This document shows, in pieces, positions 38,280 through 49,625 of a DNA stretch of 64,000 bases. Position 1 is the first letter of the stretch. Each line of letters starts with the position of its first letter. Below the pieces are notes generated by a model. It worked only from the letters and a program-made list of their open reading frames with translations. It was not told the origin of the DNA and did no database searches. Origin of the DNA: Mobula hypostoma. Its lineage: Eukaryota. The stretch is taken from positions 21,826,001-21,890,000 of the forward strand of contig NC_086097.1 in the NCBI RefSeq assembly GCF_963921235.1, in the 5' to 3' direction. The position numbers and the translations under genes are program-made.

Positions 38280-39440
38280 CACAGTTGTAGAGATTGGTAG
38301 GTATGACATTGTGGCCATCACTGATTCATGGCTGAAAGAAGATCATAGTTAGGAGCTTAACATCCAAGGATATACATAGTATCCAAAGGACAGACAGACA
38401 GGCAGAGGGGGTAGTGTGGCAAAAAAATGAAATCAAATCCTTAGAGAGAGGTGACATAGGATCAGAAATGTAGAATCCTTGGGGGTAGAGTTAAGAAATT
38501 GCAAATGTAAGAAGACCCTTATGGGAGTTATATACACGCCTCCAAACAGCCAGGAGATGGGATGCAAATTATAATGGAAGATAGAAAATGTTACGATAGT
38601 CACGGCGATTTCAATATGCAGGTAGATTGGGATTTTAGATTTAGATTATGAAGACACGTAGTCCTCTTTTATTGTCATTTAGTAATGCATGCATTAAGAA
38701 GTGATACATTATTTCCTCCGGTGTGATATCACAAAACACAGGAAGGACGAAGACTGAAAAAACTAACAAAACCACATAATTATAACATATAGTTACAACA
38801 GTGCACAATACCATAACTTGATGAAGAAGTCCACGAGCACAGTAAAAGTTCAAAGTCTCTCAAATGTCCCACATCTCGCGCAGATGGGAGAAGGAAGAAA
38901 AACTCTCCCTGCCATGCCGACCACAGTCCGACTCTGAGTCATCCAAAAACTTCGAGCTCTGTTCAGCTCTCCGACACTGAGTACTGAGCGTCATCTCTGT
39001 CCGAATGATTCGACCTCCTCGATCGCCAAAAGCAGGCAAGGCCAGGGATTTTGAGGCCTACTCTCCGAAAGATTCACGATCACACAGTAATGACAGCAGC
39101 GAACTGGCGTTTCAGAAATTTCTCCAGATGTTCCTCTGTGCTTTCACATCCATTCTCCATCAAAGAGATGCCTTTTCAGAGCAGCTTGTGTTTGAGCCCA
39201 CTATGGGACCAGCTATTCTGGAGTGGATGTAGTGCAATGAACTGGAATTGATTAGGGAGCTTAAGCTAAAGAAACCCTTCAGGGATACTATGATAGAATT
39301 CACCCTGCAGTTTGAGAAGGAGAAGCTGAAGTCAGATGTATCAGTACTACAGTGCAGTAAAGGGATTTACAGAGGCATGAGAGAGGAGCTGGCCAGAGAT
39401 AACTGGGAAGGGACACAAGCAGATATGATGGCAGAACAGC
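38280..39440 (+). mobile_element. CR1 APE-domain fragment interrupted by family A
   Basis: YDIVAITDSWL, GVIYTPPNS and MIEFTLQFEKEK remnants. Confidence 0.75.
38633..39165 (-). mobile_element. Non-coding retroposon family A copy
   Basis: Homologous to 29480-30025 and 62680-63360; tail TTAGAT repeats on +. Confidence 0.8.
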
Positions 39441-39876
39441 GATCTAGAAAAATCACGCAGGTTCTTGGCATTAATAGTGAGTTTTTTATTGACCTCACTG
39501 AAGGACCTAGAATGGGAAAGTCAAGGTGTTGCCTCCCTACTCCCTATATGGTGTTGCCACATCATATTGAATCATCATTCATGCAGGGAGCTTTATCATG
39601 AAGACTTCATGAGCCATGGTATTGGATTGCTGTTGGAAGTCTTAACATGTCTGTGCTACCCGTAGCACATTCTCCCACTGTGCTCCCACCTCACATTCTA
39701 CGAAAGTCTGGCTCATCCAGAACTCTGTATCTTAATGGAGATCAAATTTTGTGAGATAATCCATCAATCCTATGAGATCATCCATCAATCCCCTCTGATC
39801 ACCCATAAGTCCTGTGAGATAATCCATCAATCTCCCCTGGTCAACTTGATTTAAAACAAATCATGTCTTTTTAAGA

Positions 39877-40299
39877 ACATTGACTTCTCAAACTTCCGCT
39901 AATGCCCCACCTCCCCCTCGTACCTCATTCGTTATTTATTTATATACACACATTCTTTCTCTCTCTCTCTCCTTTTTCTCCCTCTGTCCTTCTGACTATA
40001 GCCCTTGCCCATCCTCTGGGTTTCCCCCCCCCCTTTTCTTTCTCCTTGGGCCTCCTGTCCCATGATCCTCTCATATCCCTTTTGCCAATCACCTGTCCAG
40101 CTCTTGGCTCCATCTCTCCCCCTCCTGTCTTCTCCTATCATTTTGGATCTCCCCCTCCCCCTCCCACTTTCAAATCTCTTACTAGCTCTTCCTTCAGTTA
40201 GTCCTGACGAAGGGTCTCGGCCTGAAACGTCGACTGTACCTCTTCCTAGAGATGCTGCCTGGCCTGCTGCATCCACCAGCAACTTTGATGTGTGTTGCT
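39877..40299 (+). mobile_element. Young Penelope-like 3' end with 13-bp TSD
   Basis: Starts at IDFSNFR*; TSD TGTCTTTTTAAGA at 39864-39876 and 40300-40312. Confidence 0.88.
40199..40236 (+). ncRNA. Minimal type I hammerhead ribozyme
   Basis: Identical to 8857-8894; predicted cleavage after C40231. Confidence 0.8.
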
Positions 40300-40349
40300 T
40301 GTCTTTTTAAGATCCCTCTCTGGTGGCTTCTGTCCCTTGCTCATCTGGA

Positions 40350-43300
40350 CAGTAAAGGTAGCTATGTTAGATTATAGTTTATCAACAACAGATCTGTCTA
40401 TAATACTATAATTCCAAGTAAACTCATCACTAAACTCAACAGCTTGGGCTCAACACGTTCCTTTATATTTGGATCCTTGACTTCCTGACCAGCAGACTGC
40501 AAGCAATATTGATATGCAGCAACATCACCACAATCATTGCCACCAGTTTCCCCAAAAAAGTTTTTTCCTCAGCCCTCTTCTTCAGTCCCAACACACTTAC
40601 AACTGCGTAGCCAGATTCTCTGCTAACTCTGTCGCCAAGTTTGCAGATGATACCACCGTTGTGGGCTATATCTCAAACAACGATGGATTCAGAGCATATG
40701 AAGGAGTTAGATGGCCTGGTTCCCAACCTTTCCCTCGATGTCAGAAAAACAAAGCAGCTGGCCATTGACTTCAGGAAGAGAGTGGTGGTGCACATGCTCC
40801 TGTTTACTTCAGCCGTGCTGAGCTCAAGAGGGTTGAGAGCTTCAGGTCCCTAAGAATGAACATGATAAATAGCCTGTCCTGCTACAGCCTTAGAGACAGC
40901 ATGGTTAAGAAAGTGTTCCAGTGTTCATACTTTCTCAGAAAGCTAAAGAAATTTGGCATGCCCACTTCGACCATTACCATTTTTTACCAATGCACCAAAG
41001 GAAGCGTCCTATCAGAATGCTTCATCTCCATCTCTCTCTCTCTCTTTCTGTCTCTCAGAAGCAAAGGGGAGGATGGTAACATCGGAAAAGGGAGTTGTTA
41101 ATCACTCCTGTCATTGTTTCAGTAGTGACCTCTCTCTCCCTCACTGGGAGAAAGCCTTTCCGAGATGCCAAAGTGCTGGTTTGCGGACTGTAGTTTTGAT
41201 GGACACTGGATCAAGGACCCTTTGGGGCTCCTGCTGTTGCTTACATGGTGGGGGGCTTGTGGGGGGGGGGGTTGATGATTTTGCTTCTGCTTGTGCAAAG
41301 GAAAGAAGGGGGGCTTTGGGGCTTCAATGGTCTACCACTCACTCTATGGGGTGTCTTGTTTCGTGGATGACAATTTCAGGTTGAATAGTGTATCCCTGCT
41401 CTGATATTAAATGAACCTTTGAACCGTTTTGAGTCTTTGAAGAAACTGCAGAGAGGTGTAGACACAACTCAGCACATCATGGGAAACAGCTTCTCCTCAG
41501 GGACTTTGTTTGTACTTAGAAACATAGAAAATAGGTGCAGGAGTAGGCCATTCAGCCCTTCGAGCCTGAACCGCCATTCAGTATGATCATGGCTAATCAT
41601 CCAACTCAGAACCCTGCACCAGCCTTCCCTCCATACCCTCTGATCCCTTTAGCCACACGGGCCATATCTAACTCCCTCTTAAATATAGCCAATGAACTGG
41701 CCTCAACTGTTTCCTGTGGCAGAGAATTCCACAGATTTACCACTCTCTGTGTGAAGAAGTTTTTCCTAATCTCGGTCCTAAAAGGCTTCCCCTCTATCCT
41801 CAAACTGTGACCCCTCGTTCTGGATTTCCCCAACATCGGGAACAATCTTCCTGCATCTAGCCTGTCCAATCCCTTTAGGATTTTATACGTTTCAATCAGA
41901 TCCCCCCTCAATCTTCTAAATTCCAACGAGTATAAGCCTAGTTCATCCAGTCTTTCATCATATGAAAGTCCTGCCATCCCAGGAATCAATCTGGTGAACC
42001 TTCTTTGTACTCCCTCTATGGCAAGGATGTCTTTCCTCAGATTAGGGGACCAAAACTGCACACAATACTCCAGGTGTGGTCTCACCAAGGCCTTGTACAA
42101 CTGCAGTAGTACCTCCCTGCTCCTGTACTCGAATCCTCTTGCTATAAATGCCAGCATAATATTCGCCTTTTTCACCGCCTACTGTACCTGCATGCCCACT
42201 TTCAATGACTGGTGTATAATGACACCCAGGTCTTGTTGCACCTCCCCTTTTCCTAATCGGCCACCATTCAGATAATAATCTGTTTTCCTGTTTTTGCCAC
42301 CAAAGTGGATAACTTCACATTTATCCACATTAAATTGCATCTGCCATGAATTTGCCCATTCACCTAACCTATCCAAGTCACCCTGCATCCCCTTAGCATC
42401 CTCCTCACAGCTAACACTGCCACCCAGCTTCGTGTCATCCGCAAACTTGGAGATGCTGCATTTAATTCCCTCATCCAAGTCATTAATATATATTGCAAAT
42501 AACTGGGATCCCAGCACTGAGCCTTGCGGTACCCCACTAGTCACTGCCTGCCATTCTGAAAAGGTCCCGTTTATTCCCACTCTTTGCTTCCTGTCTGCCA
42601 ACCAATTCTCTATCCATATCAATACCTTACCCCCGATACTGTGTGCTTTGCACACTAATCTCCTGTGTGGGACCTTGTCAAAAGCCTTTTGAAAATCCAA
42701 ATATACCACATCCACTGGTTCTCCCCTATCTACTCTACTAGTTACATCCTCAAAAAATTCTATGAGACTCGTCAGACATGATTTTCCTTTCACAAATCCA
42801 TGCTGACTTTGTCCGATGATTTCACCGCTTTCCAAATGTGCTGTTATCACATCTTTGATAACTGACTCTAGCAGTTTCCCCACCACCGATGTTAGGCTAA
42901 CCGGTCTATAATTCCCTGGTTTCTCTCTCCCTCCTTTTTTAAAAAGTGGGGTTACATTAGCCACCCTCCAATCCTCAGGAACTAGTCCAGAATCTAAAGA
43001 GTTTTGAGAAATTATCACTAATGCATCCACTATTTCTTGGGCTACTTCCTTAAGCACTCTGGGATGCAGACCATCTGGCCCTGGGGATTTATCTGCCTTT
43101 AATCCCTTCAATTTACCTAACACTACTTCCCTACTAACATGTATTTCCCTCAGTTCCTCCATCTCACTGGACCCTCTGTCCCGTACTATTTCCAGAAGGT
43201 TATTTATGTCATCCTTAGTGAAGACAGAACCAAAGTAATTATTCAATTGGTCTGCCATGTCCTTGCTCCCCATAATCAATTCACCTGTTTCTGTCTGTAG

Positions 43301-43930
43301 GGGACCTACATTTGTCTTAACCAATCTTTTTCTTTTCACATATCTATAAAAGCTTTTACTGTCAGTTTTTATGTTCCCTGCCAGTTTTCTCTCATAATCT
43401 TTTTTCCCCTTCCTAATTAAGCCCTTTGTCCTCCTCTGCTGAACTCTGAATTCCTCCCAGTCCTCAAGTGAGCCACTTTTTCTGGCTAATTTGTATGCTT
43501 CTTCTTTGGAATTGATACTATCCCTACAGCCACGGGTGCACTACCTTCCTTGATTTATTCTTTTGCCAAACTGGGATGAACAATTGTTGTAGTTCATCCA
43601 TGCGATCTTTATCCATACTTCTCATTACTGTGGTAAAGCAGCAAACATAATCAAAGACCCCACCCACCCTGGATATTCTTTTTTCTCCCTTCTTCCGTCC
43701 AGCAGAAGATACAAAACCCTGAAAGCACGTACCACCAGGACCAAGAACATTGTGTATCCTGCACTTTCTCTGTAACTCTAAGACTGTATCGTCCATTTTC
43801 GTTATTGTCTTCCCTTGGACTGCCTCCATGCACTGCTGTAATAAAAGTTTCTGTATCAATGGCATGCAAAGCAAATTTTCTCACTGCACCCCAGTACACA
43901 CGACAACCATAAACCATTACCAATTTACCC
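40350..43930 (+). mobile_element. Old Rex1/Babar RT split by a non-coding retroposon (about 41030-41430) and a CR1
   Basis: KFADDTTVVG, KTKQLAIDFRK, YFLRKLKKFG; resumes after 43610 with KAANIIKDPTHPG and LPSSRRYK. Confidence 0.7.
41518..43610 (-). mobile_element. Young 5'-truncated CR1 with near-intact RT
   Basis: ORFs 42179-43339 and 41606-42175 in one frame, separated by one TAG; KFADDTK intact. Confidence 0.95.
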
Positions 43931-44115
43931 GATTAATCCACTCCAGCCCTGTATCCTCCAAGGTCACTGCTGACTCCCAATTCTAGCCACTTGCACGCCA
44001 CTGTCTTCATTGTTTAACTCCCTTAGCCCAATAACTCTGGATTTCCCCCTAAGTTCTATATCTCTCTATCTTTCCTTTATTTCAATAGCTCCTGAAAGCT
44101 TATACTCCCGCCCCA

Positions 44116-44232
44116 TCCAAGCCTGTAGACACCTGCATCGCCTTGATCTTGGGGCTAAGCCCATTTTCTTCCAAGCCTGTAGATGCCTGCTCCAACATCG
44201 CCTTGATCTTGGGGCTAAGCACATTTTCTTCC
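44116..44232. repeat. Two-copy tandem duplication, about 55-60 bp unit
   Basis: TCCAAGCCTGTAGA..CATCGCCTTGATCTTGGGGCTAAGC.CATTTTCT twice. Confidence 0.85.
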
Positions 44233-44765
44233 CCTCAGAATGTTTTACTGTATTGAAGGTGGCCTGTTTGCCTTTAGCTCAATGGTAGTATTGTGGAAGT
44301 TGCAGCAGGACAAGGGTTAAGATAGCATCCAGGCAGGGATAGTTTACACATAGTGTGCAGTCAGCCCAGGTAAGGGAGGCCTTTGAGGTGAAGGGTTTGA
44401 AGAGCTCAGCTTCCCTTTATACAGCAGGGCACCGGAGCTGTTTGGCATACTGAGATAAAATAAGTTGCATTGTGGTCGACTGCAGATTTCTGCGGCATTC
44501 ATGGACTCGGGGTCCGGACTGTTTTTTTGCCTGGCTATATTTTACTGAATATCTTACATGTGCTTCCTACCTTGTATAAGCTATATGTGCTTTGTGCTGT
44601 ATGTGACTGTTGGTACTGCATTTTGCACCTTGATCCCAGAGTAACACTGTTTTATATGACTGTATTTATGAGTATTCATGTCCAGTTGAATGACAATTGA
44701 ACTTGAATTGATAAGGACACAAATGAAAGATTCTCGGGTGACACTTACTATTGACCAGTTAGTTT

Positions 44766-45920
44766 AACCATATAACCATATAACAATTACAGCATGGAAA
44801 CAGGCCATCTCAGCCCTTCTAGTCCATGCCAAACTCTTACTCTCACCTAGCCCCACTGACCTGCACTCAGCCCATAACCCTCCATTCCTTTCCTGTCCAT
44901 ATAGCCATCCAATTTAACTTTAAATGACAATATCGAACCTGCCTCAACCACTTCTGCTGGAAGCTCGTTCCACACAGCTACCACTCTCTGAGTAAAGAAG
45001 TTCCCCCTCATGTTACCTCTAAACTTTTGCCCTTTAACTCTCAACTCATGTCCTCTTGTTTGAATCTCCCCCACTCTCAATGGAAAAAGGCTACCCACGT
45101 AAACTCTACCTATCCCCCTCATAACTTTAAATACCTCTATGAAGTCCCCCCTCAACCTTCTACGCTCCAAAGAATAAAGACCCAACTTGTTCAACCTATC
45201 TCTGTAACTTAGGTGAAACCCAGGTAACATTCTAGTAAGCCTTCTCTGTACTCTTTCTATTTTGTTGACATCTTTCCTATAATTCAGTGACCAAAACTGT
45301 ACACAATATTCCAAATTTGGCATCGCCAATGCCTTGTACAATTTCAACATTATATCCCAACTCCTATATTTAATGCTCTGATTTATAAAGGCCAGCGTAC
45401 TGAAAGCTTTCTTCACCGCCCTATCCACATGAGATTCCACCTTCAGGGAACTATGCACAATTATTCCTAGATCCCTCTGTTCTACTGCATTCTTCAATGC
45501 CCTACCATTTACCATGTATGTCCTATTTTGATTAGTCCTACCAAAATGTAGCACCTCACATTTATCAGCATTAAACTCCATCTGCCATCTTTCAGCCCAC
45601 TCCTCTAACTGGCCTAAATCTCTCTGCAAGCTTTGAAACCTACTTCATTATCCACAACTCCGCATATCTTAGTATCATCTGCATACTTACTAATCCAATT
45701 TACCACCCCATCATCCAGATCATTAATGTGTATGACAAACAACATTGGACCCAGTACAGATCCCTGAGGCACACCACTAGTCACCGGCCTCCAATCTGAC
45801 AAACAGTTATCCACCACTACGCTCTGGCATCTCCCATCCAGCCACTGCTGAATCCATTTTACTACTTCAATATTAATACCTAACGATTGAACCTTCCTAA
45901 CTAACCTTCCATGTGGAAGG
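44766..45920 (-). mobile_element. 5'-truncated CR1
   Basis: PHGRLV, GVPQGSVLGP, KYADDTK, frameshift, ORF 44847-45629; (ACCATATA)n tail. Confidence 0.92.
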
Positions 45921-46699
45921 TTACTAATTCTGAAGTATTTTTGGCTATTGGTACCTTTTTTATTATAGTGTGATGGGTGATTGATGATGCAAATAAGAAA
46001 TTTGAACATATACAAGGCTACCAATTGGTCAATAACTGTAACTACTAGTTTCTGTATAAAATGGCATTTCTTTGTCCAGACTTTGAACAGTATGGTGGCA
46101 GGGGCCACACGGTTCCCCTCGTGCACAAGTAGATGAAGCATGACTGAAGAGCAAGTGTGAGCTTTCCGAGTCCAGTTAATCAGCGACGACAGCATCATGA
46201 TGAATAAGTGGAAATCTGGTGTACAATGCAGCGGTTTTGAAGCCAAGAGTTTTGTGTCTCCAGGCTGATTATGCAAATACAATCCCTTCATACATTTTGA
46301 TGTTTACAGAGCTGTATAAATATTGACGCTACTGTCAGGTTAGAATCCAGCCTTAACTACACAAACAACGAGGAAGAATAATGTGATTGAAGTTCCCCTC
46401 TATAATTAACCTTTATGCCTAATGAATGAAGAACTATTTCTCTCAATAGACAACGCATCAATCCCATGGTTCCTCTCCACTGGAACTCCTGTTTACACTC
46501 ATTGGAAGGTGTTGCTCTGTGGTGTATGATGGACTGGACAGTTATGTAGGGAAGGTGCCGTGCCCATTTTGCTCACATCAAGGCCCCAAAAGTATCTCTG
46601 CCATAATAGTTAGGTGATCGGTTCTAATGCTATTGCTTGAAGACTAATGTTAACCAGGTTGTGAGTTCGAGTCCTGCTTGGTTGAGAGAACATGTCTTC

Positions 46700-47104
46700 T
46701 GGGAAAAGGCTGAGTGAGCTAGGGCTTTTCCCTTTGGAGCAGAGGACAATGAGAGGTGACTTGATAGATGTGTATAAGTGATATAAGTGATGTAGATGAA
46801 GTGAACAGTCAGAAACTTTTTTTCCCAGGGTGGCAACGTCCAAAGCGAGAGGGCATTATTTTAACATGAGTGGAGGAATATTTTGGGGAGAAGTCAGAAG
46901 TAGATTTTTTAGAGTGGTAAGTGCCAGGAGCGCACAGCCAGAGGCGATGACGGAGGTTGATTCATTCGGGACGTTTAAGAGAGACTGCCCGGTAGGGATG
47001 TGAAGGAAAGTAAAATGGAGGGTTATGGGCTATGTAGGAGGGAAGGGTTAGGTTAATCTTGGATGAGGTTAACGTTGTGGGCAGGAGGTCCTGTACTGTG
47101 CTGT
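46700..47104 (+). mobile_element. Old CR1 3' fragment
   Basis: RLSELGLFPLEQRTMRGDLIDVYK remnant and CR1 3'UTR. Confidence 0.7.
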
Positions 47105-48400
47105 CTGTCTAGGTACCATATCCGATGTGGACTTTGGTGATCATGGTTTTCCATATAGATCTATCCTTCGTTTTTTGGATGACTTCCATTTCCTTGATGT
47201 GTAGCCACCTGGCTATGCTTTTGACGTACATAAGCCGAGGTCTTCCTCTAGGTTTGTTCCTCTCAATCTTTCCAGAGAGTGTGAGTTTTTCTAGTTCATC
47301 TTTCCGCATGATGTGTCCTAGGAATCTGAGTTGTCTTTTTCTTATTGTTGGTATGAGTGTAACTGCTTGTAACCCAGTATAACTGCTTGGGCTCTTCTGA
47401 GAACTTCTTCATTTGATGTGTGTGTGGTCCATGATATTTTTAACATTCTCCTGTAGAACCATAATTCAGCTACTTCTAGTCTCTTTTCCATTGCTGGGGA
47501 AATGGTCCAGCATTTACTTCCATAAGTCAGGATAGAGTAAATGTAGCACTGCAGTATTCTGTTTTTAGTGTACGTGCTCATCTTTCTGTCTGTTAATATG
47601 GTCTTCATTTTTTGGAAAGCTTCTTTCGCCATTGCTATTCTGTATTTGATATCTGTGTCGCACCTGCCATTACTTGTTGTTAGGCTGCCAAGATATTTGA
47701 ATTTGTTGACTTGTTTAATGTTTGTATTTCTGATCTTGATCACACATTGTGGGATGTTTGTCTTTCTGGAGATGACCATGCTTTCTGTCTTCTTGGTGTT
47801 GATTGAGAGGCCTTTGCGATTACTTTCTGCTGCCACTATAGTGAGTAGTTCTTGAAATTTTGTTTCTGAGTCAGCAATTAGTACGATATCATCAGCATAT
47901 CTGATGTTATTTATATTATGGCCTCCAATTGTGAATCCTTTGATGTCTTTGATACTTCTCAAGATATTTTCACTATACAGGTTGAATAAGTCTGGCGAAA
48001 ACACACAACCTTGCCTGACTCCTCTCATGATATTCATATACTCACTCACTTCTCCTATTCTGATGGATGCTGTCTGGTCCCAGTATAAGTTTCTTAAGAA
48101 ACATATATCTTTCCCATCTATGTCAAGATCTTGAAGCATTTCCAGAAGATCGTGCTGTCTGACAGTGTCAAAAGCTTTTGTATAGTCAATGAAACATAGG
48201 TAGATGTCTTTTTGTACCTGGATGGCTCGTTCACAGATCATCCGTAGCATGAAAATTGCATTTCTGGTTCCAGTGTTTTCCACAAAGCCGTATTGTTCTT
48301 TACTGATCTCTGGTTTTATACAGTGTCTTGCTCTCATCATGATTACTTTGAGAATAATTTTTGCCATGTGGCTCATCAAGCTTATTGTACGATGTAACTC
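47105..48400 (-). mobile_element. 5'-truncated RTE-clade LINE
   Basis: ORF 47342-48379: FIDYTKAFD, GVRQGCVFSP, IRYADD, FKYLGS; 10-bp TSD ACTGTGCTGT at 47095-47104 and 48401-48410. Confidence 0.93.
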
Positions 48401-48690
48401 ACTGTGCTGTACTGGTCAATATTCTGTCTTCCTCTCACCTGCTCTTCTTTGAAATGGAACTGTGCGTAACTTAGTGGCTCTCTCAGGGACATACCAGCTC
48501 CTCAACTAACACCTTGCATTTGGCAAGCTACTGTTTAGTAGGCTCACACAAAAGGTTAAGGCGTTTGAGATCTGGGCTGAGCTAGCTAAATGATTTCAAA
48601 TAAGTGTTAAAAATAAGGAGGGGGGGTAATGGTGGAAAGATTTTTTTATATGAAGTCTGTGATGAGTGATGTTTGGCAGGGATCAGTACT

Positions 48691-48930
48691 CTTCATCAGG
48701 ACTGGAAAGTAAGTTGGGGGGGCGGTCTGGAAGCCAGAAAGGAAGGTGGGGAGGGGCAAGCAGTGCAAGGTCACATGTGATAGGTGAGACCAGGTGAGGG
48801 GGTAGGTGGGGAAGGGTGGACGAAGTAAGAAACTGGGAGGGGATAGGTGGAAGAGATTAAGGGATGAAGAAGAAGGGTTCTAATAGGAGAAGGCAGTGGG
48901 CCATGGAAGAAAAGGAAGGAGGAGGATTTG
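48691..48930 (-). mobile_element. Old Penelope-like UTR ending inside the hammerhead
   Basis: Reverse complement reads CCAGTC-CTGATGA-AG then breaks; purine-rich tract on +. Confidence 0.6.
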
Positions 48931-49169
48931 AGTGATACTCTGGTCCAGATCTTCAGTTCTCATCATGTGTCAGAGACAAGGTTGGATGGCAGCCTCACTG
49001 GGTTTTGTTAACATGCATCACCCTTGTCCCCAGTCATGCTCCCTTGGCGGCTGTTTGCCCTCCCTTCCCACTCCAGGCCTGGCATCTGAACCCCAGGAAG
49101 GGTGTGGAATACTTGGAGAGGATACAGAGGAAATTTACCAGGATGTCGCTTGAATTAGAGTTTGAGGCC

Positions 49170-49625
49170 CAGTTTTCAGGATCCTGTCACTGGAGAATCA
49201 GGGGTTTGAGACCCAGTGTTTGCTGATCGGCGTGTCCTGGGGTTGATGCCGAGGATTGAGGCCCACCCCAGGGATGAATTGGAAGTCTGAAAGTCGAGGC
49301 TCATTTTGCCGGAGTTGAGTCTGCGAGTGTCTCCAAGTCCACTGGGCAGACTGAAGCCTGGTGTCTGCTGGCCTGAATTGTGTTTGCTGGAGGTTGGATA
49401 CTGGGGGCCAGTCCTGGGGTTAAATGAGTGTGTACGTGCATGGGTGGGAGAGAGGAAGGGGGCTTGTTTTTGATGTTGTTTTGTTGCTTATTGTTCTACC
49501 AAGCAGTGTGAGCGGATATGTTGGCACACCCTTAGCACACCCTTGGGTATGTTGGTTGTTAATGTAAATGACGGATTTCACTGTGTTTTGATGGACATGT
49601 GGCAAATAAACTTGAATCTTGATCT
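49170..49625 (+). mobile_element. Non-coding retroposon with (CTTGAAT)n tail
   Basis: 3' end GTTGGTTGTTAATG..AAATAAACTTGAATCTTGA; related minus-strand tail at 63900-64000. Confidence 0.5.

Noticed and set aside
45614..46291. 225-aa ORF suggesting a host-CR1 fusion protein
   Set aside because: Read-through from flank into a truncated, frameshifted CR1 RT; the N-terminal part has no recognisable features
46620..46682. Possible tRNA gene (B box GTTCGAGTCC)
   Set aside because: No convincing acceptor stem or A box; more likely a decayed SINE head
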